Assembly: GCA_002633005.1 (NCBI GenBank)
Contig: NMRA01000435.1
Span: 283,679-347,678, forward strand
Origin: Phoronis australis
Lineage: Eukaryota; Animalia; Phoronida
Length of the DNA stretch: 64,000 nucleotides
Direction: 5' to 3'
Under the pieces are notes generated by a model, which made no database searches, was not told the DNA's origin, and worked only from the letters and a program-made list of their open reading frames with translations. The position numbers and the translations under genes were made by a program. Numbering within the stretch: position 1 is the first letter of the stretch; each line of letters opens with the position of its first letter. Positions 28,101 through 40,497 of the stretch are shown one piece after another.

Positions 28101-31100
28101 GACGCCATGATACATGAAAAATAAAAATTTCAATTTCAAAACACGTTAAACTAAAAAACGTCATTAGCAACTCAGCTCGTGATGTTGCTATGCAGTCGGA
28201 ACAGTCGACTTTCCCCCAACAGACAACGGATTTTTCAACTTGGCTGATTTTGCTTCAAGAACACTGACAACTTTAAAGTTAATTTCGACCGATTTTAAAC
28301 GAGAAATAAATACTCAAGATTAATTATATTTTAAAACCCTACGTAGAATGCAGACAAATCCATAACAGTTAGCAGCTCTCTTATCGTGATGGGAAATTCC
28401 AAGATTACTTTTGGTGTCACCTGTATCAATAATATATTCACTTAGTTCACAAAAATTATCCGAAAACCATGACTGGAAACAAGAATGAACAACAAAAACA
28501 TAGTATGTACTAATCGCTTACCAAAGAGAGTCGAAGAAGATGGTGTTCAATTTCGACATAAGAACCAGCTGGGTATCGCTTTGGGTCGTTACGTTCACTC
28601 GAGACTTCCAACCTGGAAAAAGGGAACAAATAATAAAAACAAAACTACTAGTGAGTGATAGACTAAATCAGAGAGACTTCTATCAATGTATGACGTGAAG
28701 GATCTGGAAAGTACCACAGACGCAAGCTGTACTTCCACGGATGTCGACCAATTACAAACTATGAACGTGTTGTTTTATGACTGCTGTACAAAATAAATTG
28801 CGCAAACAATGTAGCAGAATTCAGTAATCTTCATTTTTGAGAAGTTAGACAAAATTAATGAGGCAATTCTTCACCTATATAGGGCATAATATGGAGGACG
28901 CATGAAATTTTATTTTCTCAAATTTCTCATACAAAAACAAAGATTTACAAAACATTAAAATTCAATAAGTTAAAATTAACAAAATCATTTGCAGCAAGGT
29001 AGTCAGCTTTTGGAAAATTGAAAATGACAATTTTGACAATTATTTTCGTGTAAAATAATACCGTATCCTTTTTTCAACTATTTGTAAAATTATAACAGAA
29101 TTCTGTTTAGTTACAAGACAACAACAACTGCTGACTGCCGGACTGTAAGTAAACTATGCTGGTTTACTCTTAGTTAAGTGCCAGTCTGAGAACGTGTGTG
29201 TGCTTGGTATCTAAGTAAAAAACCCTACCTCGCCCACTGCTGAAGAAATACTTTGATGTCGTGCAAGACACCTTTCATGTCCTTGGCAGGGTTCCAATAG
29301 GACAACTTAAGGATCTCCATGTTAGTGACTCTTTGCATCATGGACCCCTGCAGAGACCAATCAATCAACATATCTGTCAATCAGTGTTCAACACTCATGC
29401 AAAGTAAAAACTGGTGAGCAAAAACAACCAATTTTTTATGGATCTTAACCACTTTCTAAAACCGCTCTGAGGTGGTGGTGTTACAACCAAAACGTCGTGA
29501 CAGTGTAAATAGACAAGAAGTCGGTGTAAATAGACCAAGAGATTTTAATAATAGATGGACCTTAACAGTCCTTGGCTTCCAGATTCACCCATCATTGCTC
29601 TCCCTAGGTCCATACAACCTGATATTGCCCTCGGGATCAGTCCGCATTTCTATAACATTGATTATGTTTCAGTGCAATATGAAAGAAAATTCAAAGCAGC
29701 CAATAATGAAGTATCAGTCTATTTAGAGGAGTTTTCACAATATTGCTGGGGACCTAAAATGCAACATAAATGTGCGAGACAATAAATAAATAGAAAGTTG
29801 CAAACCTGTAACCTTGGTCTTATGACTTTGACCAGCGGAGGATAAAATGGATAAAGGTCTATGGTGAAGTCCTGGAATTGACATGTATACAGTTTTGATG
29901 ACTTTGGTGACTTACATGATGACTGTGGGGAAAGGCCGCCTACTTTAAAACACAAAATCCAATTTATGATACAGTGGGAAAATGTCTTGGGTGAATAATT
30001 CTTTCATGACTCAGGGGAGATAATGATGATGCATCAGTGTCTGACAGAAACGCCTTTTGACAACTCATCAAAACAGGGTTCAATGTCCTTTTAAATTTGA
30101 AGAAAGTGAATTGACGGTGCTCGTATTGTATACAGCGTTAAGAGACCCTCCTAACTAAACAAGCGTTCATCATAGCGTAATCAAGTTGTTACCCGCCTCC
30201 TATAACTGCATACACTGCCGCTGTAACACAACGGAATTATAAATTTCTTGGGTAAAGATAAGCCAAATGCATAATCTTCATAATACTTTTATTTCAATTG
30301 CAAATGATCACACTATTTTATTAAAATAGTCCCAAATTTTTAAATGAGAAAATTTCAAATCAAATACAAACTTTCTTACAGTGCATGTGTGATGTAGCTT
30401 CAAAATTTCTCATTACAACCTTGAAAATGAGGTCAAGGTTACCCAAATGCAGTAGATACAGGAGTTGCTACACGTTTAACTCAGTACAAAACAAGAACAC
30501 AATCCACAACTTCTTCATTGAGATTATGCTTTTGTCTTCTGAATTATGATAAAAGTCAGCAATTTGATTATGAATAGCCGAAAGTTGATTTTTTGAGTTT
30601 TGCTTTTCTCGAAAAGTTTCCTCTTCTGTCAAGTTGAGCAGGCTACGAGTTTATGTCTTAAGACTTCGAGACTTTGTGCGCAGACTTTCTGATTTCAGCC
30701 TTAGCCTGTTTTCATGAAACATACTAAGCCATATGTAGAATGATTTTTAGCTAACAGTCAAAACACAAAAACCAATAGGAACATTGAGAAATGGTGTCCT
30801 GGGTGTAATTAACTGACACAGAATGAAAGTACCAAAAGTCAATGACGGGTTCAACACAATGACCTATTTACAACATTTTATCAACTATTCCTGGTGCATT
30901 TAGAACCAGAATATGTCCTACCAATTGAAGCTCAATGTAACTGTAACCAAACTTCTCATTTATCTCAATGAGGTCTCTGTGCAGATCACTTTCTTCTTCA
31001 AACTGATAAAGTCTCACACTCCACTGGTATATATTATTGTCTATGGGTTCTGCTGAGAATCCAAAATCCTGAAAAATTCACCCAGGCTCATTGCATAAAA

Positions 31101-34100
31101 TAAGTAATGCTACATGTGAACACAAATATTTTTTTAAGTCTGGTCTTCACGCCACCTATTGGTGGCCTACTGAACATGAGTCTGAAAAGATTGCTGCACC
31201 TGACTGGGACTCGAGCCCAGGACCTTCTGCTAACCGTGCAGACGCTCTAGCCACTGAGCCATCGGGACCACTGGTCAAACACAGAAATCCAATGAGATTT
31301 AGCAGTGGCATCCCGCCCATGAAGACCAGATGTATATTTCCATGCTGGTTTAAGATTTACAAAATTATATACCTACTAGTGAACATTGGGAAATCACAAT
31401 GGTTGGACATGAAACAAACTGAAGCCAAAACTACAAACAGTAACTTTAAAATCCTGAAGATGAAAATATAAAAAAGGCTTAAAATTCAAGCTATTGTAAG
31501 CCAGTGAGCATTGGCAATATGATTTGGCTGAAGACAAAAACTAACTTTTGTGGCAATCAGTAAGGTAATATCCAGTCAAATTATTATTTGATTGACACAT
31601 TGCATTTTTAACTTTCCCGACATCAATAAATAAAATCAATAAATAGAGATTAAAAGATTCAAAACATTTTGTTGTGACGAGTGTGCATGCTTGATATTCC
31701 AACTCACAAGCATATTGTTTCAGTAAATGACATTACTGAGGTGGTGACTTTAAACAACGCCTAAATCCACATCTCATCCTTGGCTTAGAACAGTCAACAC
31801 GATTATCACTAATATTATTATTACTATTATTATTACTAATATCTATTCTGTACTTATGTTGTTTTCCAAACTTAATGTGAAAATATAACATTTCTGGGTC
31901 ACACATATGCCATCGTAACTCACAATTTAGAAACAAACCTCATCGCTCTCCATAATTCGTACAAGATCATTGGTCAGTATGCCCGAGGCTGCGTCGCTTG
32001 TAAATATCTGTTTTGCCTGTTTCTTCTCTTGCCCTGATACTGCGGTCAAATGTTATGTAAATACTAATTATGGGAATCTGGCAGATCTTCAAAATCAATT
32101 ACCAGCAGTGTTCAGCAGTCAACCACTAATTATAATTGATGAGATTTGAAGAGAGTGTATTGAAGGTTGCGTTGTGTTATTTTCAGACGTCAGAGCCTTA
32201 GATTAGCATGTTGATCATAAGTTATTTTTGATATTTTACAACAATCGACTACTTTTCAGTAATAAATCATCAACAGCCATTTTTCGACAATAAATCACAA
32301 ATTAATGCGATACTTCTCTTTATCAGCAGCCGCATGGTTAAAACTCTCGAAAACTAGAATGGGCCTGTCTTCAATTGAACTCTTCTCTTTAGCGGAGGTA
32401 AAAATGCATTGCACGGCTGACCTACTTTTCAAACAGTCAAGCACTCTTCATCTGATTAAAAGGGGAAGAACAATACTTTGTGCATCCGGCATTGATATTG
32501 GTCTTTTTTGGATTTTGTTGAAGTCCTCACGTAACGTGTGTGTGTGAGGAAGCTGGATAAGTGCTTGGCACTTGTGTTGCATTGTAGGTAAATACCTCAG
32601 AATGAGAGTGGTGGTCTCATTTCAGGACAGGCCTATTATCTCCATGGCTGTGATCACTAATTCTAGTATCAAAGTGCTTACGGTAGATACCAACTAACAT
32701 AGAAAGTGTATTAAGTATTTATATGCACCAGAAAAACCAAGCATTTCCGTCAACGAACAAACTCAGATAGGTAACATGGTATTTAAAATTAAGTCCAAAT
32801 GCAGAGAAAAACAACAAGTGGGGAAGCGAAGGAAAACATTTTTCATTGATTTTTGATTCCTGAAGAGCTAAGGCTACTTGAAGACTATCTTTGAGAACAT
32901 GTTTTTTCAGCAACAAGCTTAAAGTTTCTTGTCAGAACCCTGTCATTGCTCAACAAAACAGAATTCACAAGCAGCCACAAAAATATGTTCACGTCATTCT
33001 TACATATCCATGGTTCGCAACATTAATACCTTGGATGGCTCCGAACTCGGCACATGTCACGCAAGTCTGTTTCATCTGCTGGCGAATCTCAGCTTCTTTT
33101 TGTACCCATAATTTCTAGGAGAACCAGCAATAAATACAATAAATACAAGTTACAACCAAAGATAAATACAACTTATAATCGAGTGATACCTTTTCAGATA
33201 ATACTAGCCCAGCATGTGTGCTAACAAGAGACCACACTGTTAATGTTCCTTTCCAGATGAAATCGTTTCTGAGAAGTGTTTTGATCTGTTCGAGAATGCA
33301 TTCTGGGAAATAAGCTATATCTAAGGTCATAACATTGTGGGTTTGTGCTTCAACTTTTTCACTGCCACGTGCACCTGTCACACATTTACCCAGTCACTGC
33401 CAAACATGCCGACCAGCCAGTTGGGTACTTTCCACTCTTGACCTTGACCTAATTCATACAAGGTCAATTCTGCAGTGTATAAAGTCAACTCAAAGCACTA
33501 TCATTAATACATACTCCTTTGAAAGGTCAGAACATAGAATCTTTACATCTTCATAGCATATCTCATGCTGTGTAAATAAGAGGTGAAAGGGTTTCTTGGT
33601 TAATTTCGCACACCAGTGGAGTATAAGTCTGTATATCCAGAATACTCCGTAACCACACACCCCCCCCCCATTGGGAATATATACTCAATTGATTTTGTGC
33701 GAATTACGTGAGAATTTGTAAGTAAAAAGAACATTGAAAAGGAATGTTCAAATTACCAGCAGGACATGGCGTGAAATTTGTGGAAAGCAAGCAAGTGATG
33801 TGTCCTACCTTCCTCCTAGCAATCTTAAGTTCCCAGTCTGTTGTGAACGCACTATCATCGTCCGACATGGCCACCATCTGAAAAGTTAATTTGATCACCA
33901 GGTCAAATTTGTCAAAAGATCACGAGTCATTCCAAGGTAGATGTAGAGCAGTATCAGACAGCCGCTTCAGCAAAATGTAAGCTTTCAAGAAACATAAAGG
34001 TTAAGGAAACAAATCACTGAAGACATCGTTGTTTCGCAAAGTATACTGGTTTCACTATATAATTTACATATTTCTAACATATCATGGAAATCTTGTTTTA

Positions 34101-37100
34101 TCGTTTCTTCCATAATCAAAGATACAGAGCACCCAAATAATGCTAATTTGTGTCTAAGATAAGTACCGTGCATTTTTTAATAATGTAACATTTTAATTTA
34201 TATAGTGATCATCATAACAAACCTCTGTGTCATCTTCTTCCTCGACATCCTCGTCACTCATGTCAACTTCTTGTTCATCATCTGAACTTTTACAAGCAGA
34301 CGAACTGCTGTGTAAGGAGGCTCCCCTAAAATATTTGGTTATTTCACAATTAGAAAATGAAATCTAAAAATATCATAACATTGCAAGACAGAGACCTTCA
34401 TATCTGTAACCAAGTATCTTTATTTAAAACTAGAATAAGAAAATTGAACAACAAAAGAATGCACTAAACAGACAGGTTGTAATGCTGTTTCTGTTGCATT
34501 TGACGACATGACAACCTTGTCTTTTTGCGTGAAGGCGAGAGATAAAGAGCCATGGCAATAGTCTTATGCTCCTGCGTGTTCATTCAGCATGCCTCCAGTA
34601 ACTCGTAAGAAGACATAATGAGAACTCTTGTTGGGTAACATAACTGACAGAGAGTATTCTGGGTGTTTATGAACCAATTCCTTCCATAATTTTAATTCCT
34701 TGGAAGCCCTCTAATCAATGTCAGAGTCGGCCATTTTGTTAGTTTGTGCCAGTAGTGATTGACTTTGTCGGTTCTACCCGGTCAACCAGCAAAGGAATTC
34801 CATTGGTTTAAAAGCTGTAAGTCGTAACCGAGAACCAGTGGGATGTCTCAGCTGGCTGACCCAACATAACAGGCTTACTTGTGACACTTGAATTAGACCT
34901 TGCATAATACTACCATGATCTCGTATGATGTCGCCAAACTCACAAAAGCAGAAGCCCCACTGGCTGTGCAGCTCTCTTACAAAGAAGGTAAGAAAGTTGA
35001 CACACGGCAAAAAGAAAATGAAACAGAATAAGGCAAAAACTATATTTAAGTCGAGAAATGACTCACTTGTCCAAAAGTTGCTTGAATGAACACCTTTCTG
35101 TCAGGCTGAGCAGGTACTACAACAAAAAACCGACAAAATGCTAAGAAAGTAATCCACAAAAATTAGTCATTTAATCGTTATATAGCTTGTAGAATTGAAA
35201 AGTCAAAACTATGCAAAAAGAATTTAATTCCTGGAGAAACATTCAACAGTAGTTCTGTTAAAAATGTAGTGTTCTAACCATAAGGGCATCAATATTATAT
35301 GAGTCCTTTAGCTCACATCTGACAACACCATCAACAGAATACTTTTGTGTGACTGACACAGACACTGATAATGTCCAGCATATTATGGACAAACTAAAGC
35401 AACTTGACCTAAATAGGACAAAGGTGACAGTTTGACACACTCAAGAGTGCTGAATTCTCAGAACAATGACCAACACTGAACCCAACATAATAACCGGACA
35501 AGTAATGACATTGCAATTACCTTAATCACCTCCAACTGGTGGACACTAAATGCATGGTTGTCTGTTAATTAACACTAATGACCAACAATGCCTGCTATTC
35601 ACTACTTGCAGAAATTCTCCATAATGCTAGAAAACGACATGGTGTGACTAAACGACCAGTGGTTCTACACGTTTGGAACGCGCATGCTTTCACGTTTGCA
35701 TTGTCAAAACTAATGCTAAAAACGAGGCATTGCAATCTAAACGACAATGCACAACAATCATTTTTGCAATGCCACCAAAGAGTGCACGTGAATACTACAA
35801 TAGTCTAAAACCTAGGACTGTGAGACAATCCCGAGGTACAATAATACATCCACATTTATTGTGTTCAGTGATTGCTCAGTTCTTTGTCAAGAGTAATTAT
35901 TCCTCATGACAATTGGCTTAAGACAGATGAGAATAGCCAACAATATTTCTTTGGCAGTGCACAAACATAAAAACAGGCTCGTCCTATGATGGGTGAAGAA
36001 ACTATTCCAACAAAAATATGAATACACAGTGTTTTATAGACCACAAGCCTGCATTCACTTACACAAATCACCTGATTATGCTTGGTGACATGGTATATTA
36101 TAGACCACAAACCTGCATTCACTTACACAAATCACCTGATTATGACTCAACCTGGAGCTTCTCATGGACAAAGCCTGCCCACTTTTTTCAGGTTATTTTA
36201 AAGACTTAGTGTTACAGTTAACAAGATGTTCTTACCTCATTCAATGCATTACACCAGAGAGCCATGACAGGAGTTGTCTCCACATAGAAGCAGTCTGTGT
36301 GCAAGGGATATCCTAAGGGAGACAATCTGGCACTAGAGCAACTTTGCAGCACCACTCAACCTGCGCTTTCTGTCAAAGCCGACTTTTGATTTAGGCCACA
36401 TAGCTTTATAAAATTGGGTTAATATTTTTTCCCCGATTAGAAATAATTTCTGGTCTTAACAAGCACTGACAGATGGTTGTTACATCAAACAAAGCCTGTT
36501 AAGCTGTATGTCACATCAGGTTAGGGAAATATGGCCGTCAGGGGAATTCTGGATGATTTATTACGACCAATTTCAAACTGTAACTACCTGTGAAGAAAGT
36601 CAGTGTTTGTAACACCAGGCCCAGTTGCATAAAAGTTATACGATGTACAGCAACAATGACGTCGCATTATCACGTGCATTATCACGTGCATTGTCACGCG
36701 TCACGTTGTCATTGTTGAACAATGCACCTGACGTCATTTAACAATCAAACTTATCCAGCACATGATTTTGAAGCTTTATGCAGCCCAGCCCAGAATAGTA
36801 TCTACAGCAGCTTCAAGACTATACAGCACGCTGTGACAATACAGCACGCTGTGACAATACAGCACGCTGTGACAATACAGCACGCTGTGACAATACAGCA
36901 CGCTGTGACAATACAGTACGCTGTGACAATACAGCACGTTGACTACTTTAATTAATGTTATTCGCTGCATGTTTAAAGCTGTCCTTCCTTGCAACTGTCT
37001 ACTTGAACATGAAATTAAGTAATAACTTGACTGAGCCAATCACACAGGGCCTGAAGTCTCCTCGTCACGATAACATGTATTCAGAAAGTAACTGTGGACT

Positions 37101-40100
37101 GAATTTAAACTTTTTATGACTTTCTAGCAAACCCGTAAAATTTTTAATTTCTAAAATCTTTGATGATCACAGAATCTTATTACATGCATGAAAGCAATAC
37201 TCAGATGTTTGTAATCGCAAGACTGAGTTTTTTCTAAAAATCACCATTTTTCACGGAGATGTTTTCCAAAAAATTTTTTGCTCAAAACGCGCAAGTTGTT
37301 TCATTTTCTGTTCAGTGCAAAAGGGTGTCTGTAATTTTCGTTTAGCCAGAGAACTCTTCAACCCCTAGTAGAATGAAGAGAATTTGTAAATTTTGAGCTC
37401 AAAGTCACTTTTGTCATAAATACAGCAAGCAAGGTGAATGCAATTTTAAAAAAAGCAGTTCCGTGATTACGAACATCTGGGCATAACTTTTGTGCGCAAA
37501 ACATAATTCTCAAATCTTTGATCGAGGGTTTTCAAAAAAATTATAGTCCCGCTATGGATCTACAATTTATACCTAAAAGTTATTTGTAAGAAATTTGAAA
37601 ACTGATAATGAAACTATCCAATTACCTTAAAAGCACAAAACCGACCAATGAAAACAGAGAGCATAGTTACATTTCCAGCCAAGAGGGGGCCAGTATGATG
37701 GTTACTCCACAAATTAAAAACAGTGAAAGATCAATGGAAAAAGTCCAACCATGGTAAGAACAATTCTAAGATTGGTTTGAAGGAGATTCCATTTTGTTTT
37801 TGGACAGCTGAAGTAAAGGAAATATGGTAAAAAATCTGCAATTTGGGACGGACTCTTAGAGACAGAGAAACTGATGCAAATTTTTTTCATTCTGGAATTT
37901 GGGACAAGAGCGAGTTCAGCGTTCACCACATTTCTCAAATTTCAGAAAATGTGTTTTCAATCTACAGAGTGGAAAATTTTGCCATATTTCCTGTGATTCT
38001 TGAATTTGGGACAGCTATTATTTCCTTTTCTAGAATTTGGGACAAACTCCTAGCTTGAGCAAAACAATTAACTTTTCACTGTCCCAATAGAGAATTTTTA
38101 CCGTACAGTTTAAAATACTGTCTTTCTCAGAGCCAGTTCATTTTTAGGAAACTACTATCATGACAACTAGAGGTAGAAATTAACGCTTAAGAGATCTTTT
38201 CTCGTTTTGTTTCCGTCCAACATCAACACGTAAGCTCATGATTATACAACACGGTCATATAAAATGGCACGAACTTTACCTTTTGGACATAAGACTTTAA
38301 ACTCATGCTCACTTCCAAGTAACATGGATATAACGAGACTACCGCTATCATTTCTACCAGCCTGAAAATAAACATTTATGAGAAAACAAGACACTAATCC
38401 TTTTAACTGCGTGATAATTAACGACATCAAATACAGCATCAGTGAGTAAAATTAGCATCAAATACAGCACACATCACGAATTTTTGGCCGACCGGTCGGA
38501 AATTGGTCGACGACCGGCCGTCGACCGGTCGTCTAGCCGACCAGCAGCCGACCAACAACGGTCGGCTAGGAGCCGTCTGCTGAGTCGCCTCTGTGGTCGG
38601 CACTTGGGTCGGCTAAATGGTCGCCTAGCGTAGACGACCAATTCGGATTAAGCGTGTCCTTGGTCGGCAATTACCATTTTATGACTTAGTGGGTGAACTT
38701 TGGCCAAACAAACATTGAACAGTTCGCTGTTCGTTCAGCAGCGGCAACTCTGGTCTTGACATCGGTTTATCAACTTGTGTTCAACTATTGAAAGGTGTTA
38801 AAATCGACTCAACGGCGTGATAAAATCAAACGTTAAGTGATACCGCGGAAGCATAATTTCTGTCTCTTAGTATGATACTTTTTATACAGTATATTATGCA
38901 TAAAAACAAGAAAGAAATTTGAAATTTTACAGTAAAATTGCCAAATTTCAGAATACAACGCTGGCTGTTTTACGACCTCAAGTGTTATCATGCCGCGGAA
39001 TGCTTAACAAGCAGCACTTATTCGCGCTCATCTGTTATTGCTCTTGATCATCACTTCATCACGCTGTATAATGCGCTTTACCACAGATAATTTTTGTTTA
39101 TTTTTGTATAATTTCTTANAGTAAAGGAAATATGGTAAAAAATCTGCAATTTGGGACGGACTCTTAGAGACAGAGAAACTGACGCAAATTTTTTTCATTC
39201 TGGAATTTGGGACAAGAGCGAGTTCAGCGTTCACCACATTTCTCAAATTTCAGAAAATGTGTTTTCAATCTACAGAGTGGGAAATTTTGCCATATTTCCT
39301 GTGTTTCTTGAATTTGGGACAGCTATTATTTCCTTTTCTAGAATTTGGGACAAACTCCTAGCTTGACCAAAATAATTAACTTTTCACTGTCCCAATAGAG
39401 AATTTTTACCGTACAGTTTAAAATACTGTCTTTCTCAGAGCCAGTTCATTTTTAGGAAACTACCATCATGACAACTAGAGGTAGAAATTAAAGCTTAAGA
39501 GATCTTCTCTCGTTTTGTTTCCGTCCAACATCAACACATAAGCTCATGATTATACCACACGGTCATATAAAATGGCGCAAACTTTACCTTTTGGACATAA
39601 AACTTTAAACTCATGCTCACTTCCAAGTAACATGGATATAACGAGACTACCGCTATCATTTCTACCAGCCTGAAAATAAACATTTATGAGAAAATAAGAC
39701 ACTAATCCTTTTAACTGCGTGATAATTAACGACATCAAATACAGCATCAGTGAGTAAAATTAGCATCAAATACTTGTAAGTTAAATTACATACAACCAAG
39801 AAATTAAGTTATCTAATATCACAAATGAGAAGTTGATTGAACTGACAATTTATGCAGTGTCAAGTGAGCTGCAAATTGATAACCAAATTGTGCTGAAAGC
39901 ACGGTCTTGCCTGATGCAATTTATATACTGACAAATCAGTTCCAAACTGATAACCAGTTTTGAGACTATAGACATTTTGCAAAACAACTACAAATGTTTG
40001 AAGACTTTGATTCATGAACAAACTAGTTGTCATTTGCCTCCTGATACAGGAGTATGAGGAAGGGAGGGAACGTAGTGTGAATGTGCTGAGGAGCCTGAGG

Positions 40101-40497
40101 ACCCTCAAGGAAATCAGTACTTGGCACTGACAAATTTACCATAACTAAAAATATTAATAAAATAACACATTGCTATAGAATAAAAGAACAGATTAGGCTA
40201 CAATTTGCCAAACGTGATTTTTTCAGATGGATACAGCATCAAATAAGTGCTTATTAACTTTCGAAGTTTCAGACAATGTTTAGGAAAATAGTGTGCAATC
40301 ACCACATTGTTAGAACCTTTTGGAAAACGGACCAAAACACCAATTTCCGCAATTATTTGTCCAAAATTGGTGACATTTTTCTAAGCATACACTACCTCCA
40401 GCAGAAATATCTCGTCACTCCCGGTATTTTCCTGCCATTTCTCAAATTCCTGCAACAGATGGCTCTGTTCCTCATCCTCTCCACAGCTTGTAGCCAT
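16177..40497 (-). CDS. Large ubiquitin-conjugating (E2) protein, about 944 aa: RWD-like N-terminus, acidic linker, UBE2Q-like UBC fold without catalytic Cys, BIRC6-like C-terminal region with a Cys-containing UBC
   Basis: 27 phase-compatible exons totalling 2835 nt: 40497-40396, 39669-39588 (duplicate at 38361-38280), 36312-36236, 35116-35067, 34325-34223, 33877-33809, 33114-33030, 32039-31939, 31068-30922, 29871-29806, 29347-29229, 28612-28522, 27844-27632, 26594-26418, 26025-25978, 25439-25403, 25213-25125, 24035-23845, 23068-22945, 22343-22274, 20942-20794, 20233-20193, 20030-19937, 18977-18934, 18563-18358, 17519-17404, 16320-16177. Motifs: [99 protein letters not shown]. The exon 7 donor (33030) is the least certain boundary. 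The ATG exon has an upstream acceptor at 40515-40516, so a non-coding exon should lie further right. Confidence 0.88.
17969..18331. repeat. Degenerate tandem repeat of about 38-40 bp (TGCCAYGCCCAGCAGTGCCTATCTAGGTWATA), interrupted by an AT-rich insert
   Basis: About four units at 17969-18110 and one more at about 18298-18331. Confidence 0.75.
19125..19363 (-). mobile_element. Full-length tRNA-headed SINE with a 13-bp target-site duplication
   Basis: Minus-strand head GAGGAGGCAGTGTGGCCTAGTG (A box) ... GGTCGTGGGTTAGAGTCCCACC (B box). Flanked by GTTTAACTCATTA at 19112-19124 and 19364-19376. Confidence 0.8.
19660..19770. mobile_element. Palindromic MITE, same family
   Basis: Core TGAGAACCAGTTT...GGAGAAAACTGGTTCTCA. 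Flanks GGAATTAA / GAAATTAA. Confidence 0.7.
27169..27363. mobile_element. Long inverted repeat with a minimal hammerhead-ribozyme motif in each arm (Penelope-like terminal repeat remnant)
   Basis: Arms of about 90 bp with a loop of about 10 nt. Minus arm 27239-27198 reads CTT-CTGATGA-T-GGTGTTT-TAAT-AAACGAT-GAAA-CATG-TC-AAG. Plus arm 27293-27334 reads CTT-CTGAGGA-T-GGTGCTT-AAAT-AAATGCC-GAAA-CAGG-TC-AAA. Confidence 0.7.
31139..31330 (-). mobile_element. tRNA-like sequence enclosed by short inverted repeats
   Basis: Minus strand GGTCCCGATGGCTCAGTGGCTAGAGCGTCTGCACGGTTAGCAGAAGGTCCTGGGCTCGAGTCCCAG has D, anticodon and T arms but no proper acceptor stem. Perfect 11-bp inverted repeat TCTGGTCTTCA (31139-31149) / TGAAGACCAGA (31320-31330). 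Confidence 0.55.
36034..36144. repeat. Local tandem duplication, period about 64 bp
   Basis: TATAGACCACAARCCTGCATTCACTTACACAAATCACCTGATTATG occurs twice. Confidence 0.8.
36618..36790. mobile_element. PIF/Harbinger-like MITE with an internal hairpin and CACGTG-containing repeats
   Basis: GGCCCAGTTGCATAAA ... TTTATGCAGCCCAGCC termini. Internal CAACAATGAC / GTCATTGTTG inverted repeat encloses repeated GCATTATCACGT. Confidence 0.55.
36821..36938. repeat. 18-bp minisatellite ATACAGCACGCTGTGACA, about 6.5 copies
   Basis: Read directly. It explains the repetitive ORFs (TIQHAV)n and (VLYCHS)n. Confidence 0.95.
37812..39773. repeat. 654-bp near-identical direct duplication (37812-38465 and 39120-39773) including coding exon 2 of the E2 gene
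   Basis: Offset 1308 bp with only scattered substitutions. The second copy begins immediately after N39119. Confidence 0.92.
38466..39118. mobile_element. Left end of a CMC/EnSpm-like DNA transposon, cut by an assembly gap
   Basis: Starts exactly where the two duplicate copies diverge (ACAGCACACATCACG...). Has dense CCGACC / GGTCGG subterminal repeats at 38487-38668 and ends at N39119. Confidence 0.55.

Noticed and set aside
31195-31270. Functional tRNA gene
   Set aside because: The acceptor stem does not pair, the anticodon loop is non-canonical and the T-loop is mutated. Treated as repeat-derived.
33004-33029. Stronger-looking donor TAT/GTAAGA extending E2 exon 7
   Set aside because: It is phase 0 while the next exon needs phase 1, and I found no compensating micro-exon. 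The donor at 33030 keeps the frame.
34550-34735. AAAATGGCCGAC start-like context on the minus strand
   Set aside because: There is an in-frame stop after seven codons and it lies within an intron of the E2 gene.
36722-37039. ORFs with (TIQHAV)n and (VLYCHS)n repeats
   Set aside because: They are translations of an 18-bp minisatellite inside an intron.
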